This document shows, one piece after another, positions 57,714 through 64,000 of a stretch of DNA of 64,000 nt; the first letter of the stretch is position 1; each line of letters opens with the position of its first letter. Source of the DNA: Flavobacteriales bacterium (GTDB taxonomy: Bacteria; Bacteroidota; Bacteroidia; Flavobacteriales_C; GCA-002722245); NCBI GenBank assembly GCA_947444925.1, contig CANFBW010000010.1, positions 3,915-67,914 of the forward strand, read 5' to 3'. The notes beneath the pieces were generated by a model. It saw nothing but the letters and a program-made list of their open reading frames with translations. It was not told the DNA's origin and ran no database searches. A program made the position numbers and the translations under genes.

Positions 57714-58016
57714 TCAATTGTGCTTTTTGCGCTCAATATGTCGACTGGCGGCCTTTTGTTCCTTGCGCAAGCGTCTTCTCTCCGCCTTTGTCACAACACC
57801 ATCCGCTTTCGCCATTTTTTTGTCGCGCTGAATACGGCGCTGTTCGCGTTTCAAGCGCTTTGCTTCGCGTGCCGACAATGATCCATTTTGCACGCCATTT
57901 TCAATGCGCTGCTTTTCTTGAAATTGCTCTTGACTGATCTTTGGCGTGGCTTGTCCATTAACTATTGTAGCCAATAAAACAAAGGCAGCGGTGAAGGCGA
58001 TTTTAAATAGTTTCAT
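57714..58016 (-). CDS. Small secreted, highly charged (K/R/E/Q-rich) hypothetical protein
   Basis: Signal peptide MKLFKIAFTAAFVLLATIVNGQ followed by about 78 aa of charged helical sequence. Confidence 0.5.
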   Translation of the reverse strand: MKLFKIAFTAAFVLLATIVNGQATPKISQEQFQEKQRIENGVQNGSLSAREAKRLKREQRRIQRDKKMAKADGVVTKAERRRLRKEQKAASRHIERKKHN

Positions 58017-58087
58017 AATTGTATTTTTAAGGTTACACTACTAAGACGCATACAAACAGAAATGGTTTAATGTCGTTTTTAAAAAAA

Positions 58088-58507
58088 TTATTTTTGATGC
58101 TGCTGATATACAAATTCCAACAATGCCACTGCAAATTGAAAATCCCTTTCTTCATTCATCCATAGGGACACCCATGCACCGCTATGTTCCAATACGTGAT
58201 GTTGTGCGCAAGCAAAATTCGCCATGCAATAATCTCTGTGCCTCACCCCTACATACACATCTAAAAGCGCATTACCGTGCATGTGCCCCAACTCCTTGCC
58301 TCCAATATTAAACTGCAGGCCTCCATACGAATGCAGTGACAGAGAAACACCCTCCATCTGCTGAATTCGCTCCTCGACTTTACAAATCCATTCGAATTTG
58401 TCGCGCCGAAAAACAAAGCTCTGCAACAAAAGCAAACTGTTGTAAAAGTGGGCTAACAAAGGCAGCTTCGACAAAAAATGAAGATGTTTTACAACCCACG
58501 CAAACAT
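58088..58507 (-). CDS. Luciferase-domain family (DUF5519-like) small protein
   Basis: The motif GGLQFNIGGKELGHMHGNALLDV resembles the G..EF..G..E.GH.H..G..D signature I associate with this family. It is the last gene of the six-gene operon. The start is uncertain. Confidence 0.4.
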   Translation of the reverse strand: MFAWVVKHLHFLSKLPLLAHFYNSLLLLQSFVFRRDKFEWICKVEERIQQMEGVSLSLHSYGGLQFNIGGKELGHMHGNALLDVYVGVRHRDYCMANFACAQHHVLEHSGAWVSLWMNEERDFQFAVALLEFVYQQHQK

Positions 58508-59431
58508 CTAACGCTCACTTAATTTTTTGATGTGCTTCATTGCCCTCATATGCACATTTCGAGTGATGCTTTCCGCCCAAATATTGTAATACCAAGCAGG
58601 AAAAACTTTTAAATCATACCAACTGACTCCCTCTAAAGTGGTGGTTCCATTGCCATTGTCTTTGAGCTTGAACTGACCGCGTTTCAAATTGATATGACCA
58701 ATAATTTCGGGATCTTGCGGCATTTTTACGATATCGAAAGTGAGATTTTTTTCAGGCTCGTACACCACAATTTTTTCGTCGAAAGAAATTCCATTTTCAA
58801 AAACACATTTGCGCCCTCCGCCTACCTTTCGCTCGGTCACCGTGGCAGCCACTACCTTGGGCAAACCTATGTCGAACAACCAATATTCCGATGGCGCTTC
58901 TACCTCGTCAAAAGCCACTACATTCGGCCATACCTTAGATGGCGGCGCATTTACAATCAACGTGTCGCTCACTTCATAAGCCACTGAATTTGCGGAGAGA
59001 ATGTCGAACACATAAATCAGCAGCAGCGTGCCAAAAACAGAAAGACGCGCCTTGTTGTTTTTTCCGCTGTACAAGTAAACACCGAGCCCTGCACCCAACA
59101 ACAAGAAAGCAATAATCAATGGCGACACTATGAGCAGACAAATGTAGCCCTCTTTGAGTACCGCAACAGCCCAAATCAAAATCACAACGAAATTGCGCAG
59201 CACCTGCCTAAATAAAAACCTTGTGCTCGACTCCTCATTGGTCAAGTATTTCACACTCAAAACACCTATCAAAACAGGAACAACCGTGAACAAAGAGAAA
59301 ACCATCAAACCTGCGACGTCACTGTTTTTTTTGGCGATCCACAGTGACAATACAGAGGCACAGATTCCAAAAAAATTGGCGTAAATTGTACCCTTCCAAT
59401 AATTCGATAAAGCATTCCATTTCTCTTTCAT
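58508..59431 (-). CDS. Membrane-anchored SRPBCC (START/cyclase-dehydrase-like) protein
   Basis: Four to five N-terminal TM helices followed by a C-terminal domain of about 150 aa (VNAPPSKVWPNVVAFDEV...FKLKDNGNGTTTLEGVSWY) of SRPBCC type. Confidence 0.55.
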   Translation of the reverse strand: MKEKWNALSNYWKGTIYANFFGICASVLSLWIAKKNSDVAGLMVFSLFTVVPVLIGVLSVKYLTNEESSTRFLFRQVLRNFVVILIWAVAVLKEGYICLLIVSPLIIAFLLLGAGLGVYLYSGKNNKARLSVFGTLLLIYVFDILSANSVAYEVSDTLIVNAPPSKVWPNVVAFDEVEAPSEYWLFDIGLPKVVAATVTERKVGGGRKCVFENGISFDEKIVVYEPEKNLTFDIVKMPQDPEIIGHINLKRGQFKLKDNGNGTTTLEGVSWYDLKVFPAWYYNIWAESITRNVHMRAMKHIKKLSER

Positions 59432-59437
59432 AAGCTT

Positions 59438-60292
59438 CTATTTAATTTCCTTCTCCCAAAATTTTTCACAGTCCATTGCCTTTCTTCCCAACAGCGCTTC
59501 CATTCGCGCATTGTCGTGCACATTGTCGCTCGCCAATAAATAATACTGGTCTCTGTTCATGAAAGGATTTTTAAATAGCGTAAGCAGCATAAACAACCAA
59601 TGTGTCGCCCACTTCGGCAGCGAAATAATTTTTATTTTCGATTTTGAATAGGCTATCATTTGTGCAAGTGTGAGCACTTTAGGTCCGGTAGCATAAAAAA
59701 TTCCACACTCCGATGAAGTAGCCAATTTCACTATCAAATCAGCCACATCTTCGCCCATCACGGGTTGAAATTTTGGATTCAAAAAATGCGCCGGCATCGG
59801 CACAATGCCCATCATCCATTTGCTCATTTTGACGATCATGTTGACTTTTTGCACAATCGCCGTACCTCTTGTCAACACGAAGGAAGGACGAACAATGGCT
59901 ATATTTTGCGCAGCCAGCAGCAGCGCATCGGCAACCCCTTTGGTGCGCGCATATTCTGCTTTGCTTTTTACATCGGCTCCCAATACTGAAACATGCACAA
60001 TGCGCGGATTTCCCATTGCTTCGCGCTGTTTTAGCACATCGCGCACTACTTGCACATGCGCTTTCTCAAAAGTGTTTTCTCCTCTTTCTTCAATAATGCC
60101 CACGATATTCACTACCACATGTACATTTGTGAGCGCCGACCAATCGTCGCTGTACACATTGAAAGGCAAGTAATGCACGCCTTTTGCCGAGCGCGAACAA
60201 CCCAGCACTTCATCATTCGGAAAGGCTTGCAGCAAATGCTGCATCACCACCGTTCCAATCTGTCCTGTTGCTCCAAAAACGACTATTTTCAT
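59438..60292 (-). CDS. NAD(P)H-binding atypical SDR (NmrA/epimerase-like)
   Basis: MKIVVFGATGQIGTVVMQHLL Rossmann motif. 284 aa. Confidence 0.75.
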   Translation of the reverse strand: MKIVVFGATGQIGTVVMQHLLQAFPNDEVLGCSRSAKGVHYLPFNVYSDDWSALTNVHVVVNIVGIIEERGENTFEKAHVQVVRDVLKQREAMGNPRIVHVSVLGADVKSKAEYARTKGVADALLLAAQNIAIVRPSFVLTRGTAIVQKVNMIVKMSKWMMGIVPMPAHFLNPKFQPVMGEDVADLIVKLATSSECGIFYATGPKVLTLAQMIAYSKSKIKIISLPKWATHWLFMLLTLFKNPFMNRDQYYLLASDNVHDNARMEALLGRKAMDCEKFWEKEIK

Positions 60293-60293
60293 A

Positions 60294-60944
60294 TCAGTTA
60301 TATTTAATTTTCACTGGCTGTTCCCAAATGTAGGGGATTGTTTTTTGCACACTAAAGGCTCCCTCTAACTTTGCCGATGCGAAAAAATTGGTGCTGAAAT
60401 CTTTCACACTTAAAACTTCAATCGGCCATTCCCTTCGAGTGATTTGGGTAATGCTCACCGCATCTTCGGCAAAAGAATAGGCCCTGTCGATGCGCTTTAC
60501 CGCAGTATATAGATTTTCATTTTGTGCAGCTGCAACATAGGGATCGAAGGTATAATTCAAAAATTTACCACTTTGACGCAGCGCAAATACATTGTTATTT
60601 TGTTCGATTTTAGCCAAGGTCAAATTGTAATTCGCCACCCAATTTCCACCCAATACCATCAGTGGATTGGAGCTGAAAGACTGCAAAAAATAAATGCCTT
60701 TCGGGCCCAACTTTGAGTATTCGCCATCGTCAATCAACAAACGAAAAGCCACATGGCGGTAAGCAAAAGAAGGCAAAAAACGATGCATCTCCATCTTCTT
60801 CAAATGCACGTCTACCATAGAAATTAAAGCCCTTCCTGCGTAATCAACAACTTTCAACTGCTTTGGAAGATGTCCTTTCAACTCTTCTTTGTCAATTGAA
60901 AAATTAATCAATTTAACCTCGTGCAATTCTCCTGAAAATTTCAT
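60294..60944 (-). CDS. DUF2071-like protein
   Basis: 216 aa. The assignment rests on my recollection of the family's size and N-terminal pattern and on its frequent co-occurrence with SRPBCC, SDR and DUF393 genes. Confidence 0.4.
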   Translation of the reverse strand: MKFSGELHEVKLINFSIDKEELKGHLPKQLKVVDYAGRALISMVDVHLKKMEMHRFLPSFAYRHVAFRLLIDDGEYSKLGPKGIYFLQSFSSNPLMVLGGNWVANYNLTLAKIEQNNNVFALRQSGKFLNYTFDPYVAAAQNENLYTAVKRIDRAYSFAEDAVSITQITRREWPIEVLSVKDFSTNFFASAKLEGAFSVQKTIPYIWEQPVKIKYN

Positions 60945-60954
60945 ATTTTCTATT

Positions 60955-61434
60955 TTAAGAATTTAGTAAAATATTTTGCCAACCTTCCCCCTCCGCACAA
61001 TTTTTTATAAAGGAATTTCTTTCATTTAGTATATGCTCAAGATATTTCTTTAAAAATAAGGCGTCCGCGATTTTCCCGAAAACGCCAAATGGCGATGTAT
61101 AATAAAACTCATCTTTCATCATTGTATCTTGACCATTTTGAATAAAAATGTGACGATGACTCAAACACTTGAATGCGCCCAAAACCATTGTATCCACAAA
61201 GACATAGGGGCGACTCATTTCTGAAATTTGACCAGTAAGTTCTTGAGTAATGCCAAAATGTTTGGCGCGAAAAGTTACCGTTTCATTCACTTCAATGAGT
61301 CCCGATTTTCTGCCGCCCACAATCCGTTCACCAGACGCGCGCATAGACAAAACATGAACCTCCATGCTTCTCGCCAAATCAAAACACCTTTCTATTGGCG
61401 CTGCGATTTCGGTATGTAAAAGTATTAACGGCAT
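60955..61434 (-). CDS. SRPBCC-superfamily protein (COG4276-like)
   Basis: 159 aa from the ATG at 61434 (MPLILLHTEIAAPIERCFDLARSMEVHV...). The start overlaps the upstream stop by 10 bp. Confidence 0.6.
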   Translation of the reverse strand: MPLILLHTEIAAPIERCFDLARSMEVHVLSMRASGERIVGGRKSGLIEVNETVTFRAKHFGITQELTGQISEMSRPYVFVDTMVLGAFKCLSHRHIFIQNGQDTMMKDEFYYTSPFGVFGKIADALFLKKYLEHILNERNSFIKNCAEGEGWQNILLNS

Positions 61435-62240
61435 AATAAAAATATTACTGCAGCCGAAAGATGTAGAGTAATCCACCAAGCGAAAGTAAGTGCTTGAGAA
61501 AGTCCTAAAAAGCGCACTCTGCGGTACGACAAATAGCTCATCAATACATCGCTCAAAACCAAACTCACACAAATCCATGCACTGCTACTGCCAAAAAAAT
61601 AGAAGGCAAAAACAAATGGTACTTGCACTAAAATACCCGCCATCATGATCGTTGCCAAATGGCCATAATAGTCCATTTTATTGCGCACACTATAAACAAA
61701 AATGAAAAGAGAATGCAGCAACCATCCGACACCAACCACTGCAAGATATTGAGTACCGGAACTAAAAAATTGAGGTAAGGAAAGTCCCACCAAATAAGAA
61801 ACGCCAGCACTAACAAAAGACACAACAGCGAGGTAACTCATTCGAAATCCCCAATGAAATTCAGGCTTACAATCATTTTCAATAGTGGTGTACACAGGAG
61901 CGATCAATCTTCTGTTGTACGAGAAAATATGGTAAAAAAAATCAAGAATCAACAGCAGTGGCGGAAACAAAAACACCCTAACTATTTTGCCAAATCTATC
62001 TTCCAACATCCACACAATTCCTCTAACACCATAACGTGTTTCTTTAGTTGCAGGATCATAAACTGCCATTTCATTGCAGTAGATCTCTTGGTTGATGGAG
62101 CAGGCGGTTAACTCGTCCATATCCTGCAAAGGATTTAAGTTTTCTTGCCCTGCCAAACCAGATTTAGCAGCAACGAAAGCCCCTGCGCGACAAACCCTAC
62201 AACCATTGTCGAAATACATTATTTTATTTGACTTTCCCAT
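61425..62240 (-). CDS. DCC1-like thiol-disulfide oxidoreductase (DUF393) fused to a multi-TM domain
   Basis: The N-terminal motif MYFDNGCRVCRAG matches the YDG.C..C signature of DUF393/DCC proteins. The C-terminal half is hydrophobic. Confidence 0.65.
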   Translation of the reverse strand: MGKSNKIMYFDNGCRVCRAGAFVAAKSGLAGQENLNPLQDMDELTACSINQEIYCNEMAVYDPATKETRYGVRGIVWMLEDRFGKIVRVFLFPPLLLILDFFYHIFSYNRRLIAPVYTTIENDCKPEFHWGFRMSYLAVVSFVSAGVSYLVGLSLPQFFSSGTQYLAVVGVGWLLHSLFIFVYSVRNKMDYYGHLATIMMAGILVQVPFVFAFYFFGSSSAWICVSLVLSDVLMSYLSYRRVRFLGLSQALTFAWWITLHLSAAVIFLLCR

Positions 62241-62250
62241 TTTTCAAAAT

Positions 62251-62445
62251 ATGATTATTCGTAATTGTACCAGTACTGAAACCGCAGTGACGATATATCC
62301 TTCGGAGTACCTCAGGAGGACAACCTTTCGCGAAAAAACTTTGTAGAAAATCGTTCGTTTCTGTCCTCCTGAAATTTGAGATTAAGAGGAGAAACGAAGT
62401 GTCGGTCTTTGAAGGATCTATCGCTCTAAACATAAATTTACTGAT
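62251..62445. repeat. Structured repeat / candidate ncRNA, copy C (core hairpin 62292..62422)
   Basis: GATATATCCTTC pairs with GAAGGATCTATC at 11 of 12 positions. The inner stem AGGAGGACA / TGTCCTCCT is perfect. Both flanks are shared with copy A. The element lies 11 nt upstream of the DUF393 operon ATG. Confidence 0.7.
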
Positions 62446-62509
62446 ACTATTCTGCACAATAATTTTTCAAAACTTTCAATTTTTATTGAAACATATATGT
62501 AAAAAAATA

Positions 62510-63013
62510 TTACTTCACCAAAAATTTCATCAATGAACCCGTGAACCAGTTTTCATCAGCCTTCACCATGCGTTCAATCATCTTGTCAGTATTTTCGCCA
62601 AACGAAGAAATGTCAGCAACTACCCTTTTGAATTCGCGGGCTTCGGTAGTATTTCCTTTCACTTGTTTCAATTCACGCAAAGTTTCCAATACAGGACCCA
62701 GCTCCCTTTTGCGGCGTTCATTCATGATTTTAATGGCCACTTTGTAAATGTCTTTATCGGCTTGAAAAAACTCTCTTCTTTCTCCTTTTTTCAAAACTCT
62801 ACTTACAATTCCCCAGGTAATTAAATCGCGCGTGTTCATGTTCACATTTCCACGAGAAACATTCAATTCCTCCATGATATCTTCTGTGCTTAATGGCTCA
62901 GCGCTTACTAAAAGTAAGGCGTGAATTTGAGCCATGGTACGGTTGATACCCCACTCGCTGCCGAATATCCCCCACGCTTCTATAAATTTATTTTTACCTT
63001 CATTGAGTTCCAT
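62510..63013 (-). CDS. GbsR/MarR-like winged-helix transcriptional regulator
   Basis: FIE.WG......G..R..A.I.ALL......LS.EDI.EEL..SRGNVN...R.L..WG.V, the pattern of GbsR-type regulators. 167 aa. Confidence 0.7.
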   Translation of the reverse strand: MELNEGKNKFIEAWGIFGSEWGINRTMAQIHALLLVSAEPLSTEDIMEELNVSRGNVNMNTRDLITWGIVSRVLKKGERREFFQADKDIYKVAIKIMNERRKRELGPVLETLRELKQVKGNTTEAREFKRVVADISSFGENTDKMIERMVKADENWFTGSLMKFLVK

Positions 63014-63037
63014 AATTCGAATGTAATGATTGTTTTT

Positions 63038-63063
63038 AAACTTTCAAAATATATTGAAAGTTT
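63038..63063. promoter_or_regulatory. 26-bp near-perfect palindrome, candidate operator of the GbsR-like regulator
   Basis: AAACTTTCAAAATATATTGAAAGTTT has 12 of 13 symmetric pairs and starts 25 nt upstream of the regulator ATG at 63013. Confidence 0.5.
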
Positions 63064-63102
63064 GTTTTCACATCCGACAGAGGATGGGTCGCTAACTTAG
63101 TG

Positions 63103-63178
63103 CGATGGCCCGAGCCAAGAGGCGGGCCATCGGTGACGGGAGCGAAATTTTTCCGTGACCGACGGATAAAAAATTTCG
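63103..63178. other. GC-rich island with two tandem strong hairpins (REP-like element or unknown ncRNA)
   Basis: H1: CGATGGCCCG (63103-12) pairs with CGGGCCATCG (63123-32). H2: CGAAATTTTT-CCGT (63143-56) pairs with ACGG-at-AAAAATTTCG (63162-78). Each hairpin is followed by GTGACG. Confidence 0.5.
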
Positions 63179-63267
63179 TGACGCGCGGTGGGAGCATCTC
63201 TTGCCTCTTGATTTTTTGTTGCTTTTTCATCAAGGAAAAAGTAAAAGAAGAGAGGCTGAAAGCCTCA

Positions 63268-63309
63268 AATAAAAGATTCCGTGAAGTTACGCTTCGCTAA
63301 ACTTCACGG
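63268..63309 (-). terminator. Hairpin terminator after the M23 peptidase gene
   Basis: CCGTGAAGTT (63279-88) pairs with AACTTCACGG (63300-09), a perfect 10-bp stem. On the minus strand AATCTTTTATTT follows. A second small hairpin GAGGCT-gaa-AGCCTC lies at 63252-66. Confidence 0.65.
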
Positions 63310-63349
63310 AGCAAGCGAATGAGGACGTAATAGTAATAAGGACTCCGTA

Positions 63350-64000
63350 TTAATTCGCGGCTAAAGGTTTTTGATTGTAATCAATGCTTTTCAAAGTTTC
63401 CACAAGCACATCGGCAACAGCATGGAATTTTTCTTTATTGCCACTGCTAATAGGTTCGGATTGCGGTAATTTTTCACCCAAGGCATCAATCTGTTTTCCG
63501 TTCTTCCAAAAGCGATAGCAAACATGTGGACCGCTTGCCAACCCGGTAGAACCAACATAACCAATCACATCCCCTTGGCGCACACTTGCACCACGACGCA
63601 TGCCTGACGCAATGCGTGACATATGCAAATATTGGGTGGTGTAAGTGCTGTTGTGTTTTACTTTCACATAGTTGCCATTGAAACGATTTTGTGTTGCTTC
63701 AATGATTACACCATTGGCTGTGCTCATGATAGGTGTTCCAGTTGGCGCCGCATAATCCGTGCCCAAATGTGCTTTCCAGCGCTGCTGCACAGGATGAAAT
63801 CGTTTCATGGTATAGCGCGATGAAATGTGCGAAAATTTCACTGGCGCTTTCAAAAACTGTCTTTTCATTCCACGGCTTTCTTCGTCATAGTAGCCACTCA
63901 CACCATTTTGCTCAAAATATACGGCGTAGTATTCGTGTCCTGAATGTTCAAACATTGCTGCTTTGATTCTTTTAATGTTCACGCTCTCGCCCTCCACTTG
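63350..64000 (-). CDS. M23-family metallopeptidase, C-terminal part (5' end lies outside the window)
   Basis: HLGTDYAAPTGTPI (the H..D motif) and VIGYVGSTGLASGPHVCY (the H.H-type motif region). The frame stays open to the window edge. Confidence 0.85.
   Translation of the reverse strand, partial: QVEGESVNIKRIKAAMFEHSGHEYYAVYFEQNGVSGYYDEESRGMKRQFLKAPVKFSHISSRYTMKRFHPVQQRWKAHLGTDYAAPTGTPIMSTANGVIIEATQNRFNGNYVKVKHNSTYTTQYLHMSRIASGMRRGASVRQGDVIGYVGSTGLASGPHVCYRFWKNGKQIDALGEKLPQSEPISSGNKEKFHAVADVLVETLKSIDYNQKPLAAN

Noticed and set aside
63075-63200. Guanidine-I (ykkC) riboswitch
   Set aside because: Only short, loosely similar strings are present. No downstream gene lies in the plus orientation, and in the minus orientation the downstream gene is a regulator, not a transporter or carboxylase. 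I kept it only as an unidentified structured island.

Overview
The window is a chromosomal segment from a Bacteroidota bacterium. Supporting evidence: the 2413-aa SprA type IX secretion (T9SS) translocon, an alternative complex III (actABCDEF) cluster followed by cytochrome oxidase genes, TAnnTTTG-type -7 promoter boxes, and a T9SS C-terminal sorting domain. I call about 55 coding regions, mostly housekeeping, one tRNA-Phe(GAA), and several hairpin terminators. Named genes: ruvC, serS, rsmA, mgtE, gcvH, sprA, ruvA, maeB, cobB, queG, ruvB, ctaDC, actA-F, infB, nusA, rimP, mfd, lptC, coaX. No rRNA, CRISPR array, transposase or prophage genes were seen. Four things stand out. (1) A secreted protein (24211..25104, minus strand) starts, right after its signal peptide, with a domain matching eukaryotic ubiquitin at 59 of the first 72 positions by my eye alignment. 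It lacks the diglycine tail and is fused to a T9SS C-terminal sorting domain. (2) A structured intergenic element of unknown identity occurs three times (about 3293..3484, 22441..22760, 62251..62445). Each copy has a 12-bp closing stem and shows a compensatory change in an inner stem. One copy carries a 3 x 74-bp tandem insertion in its apical region, with nested 21-nt sub-repeats. (3) A tightly packed six-gene operon of poorly characterised families (DUF393/DCC, two SRPBCC proteins, DUF2071, an SDR, a luciferase-family protein) lies behind repeat copy C and a GbsR/MarR-like regulator that has a 26-bp palindromic candidate operator. (4) A GC-rich island with two tandem hairpins sits at 63103..63178. 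All family assignments are by-eye motif recognition and no database search was possible.
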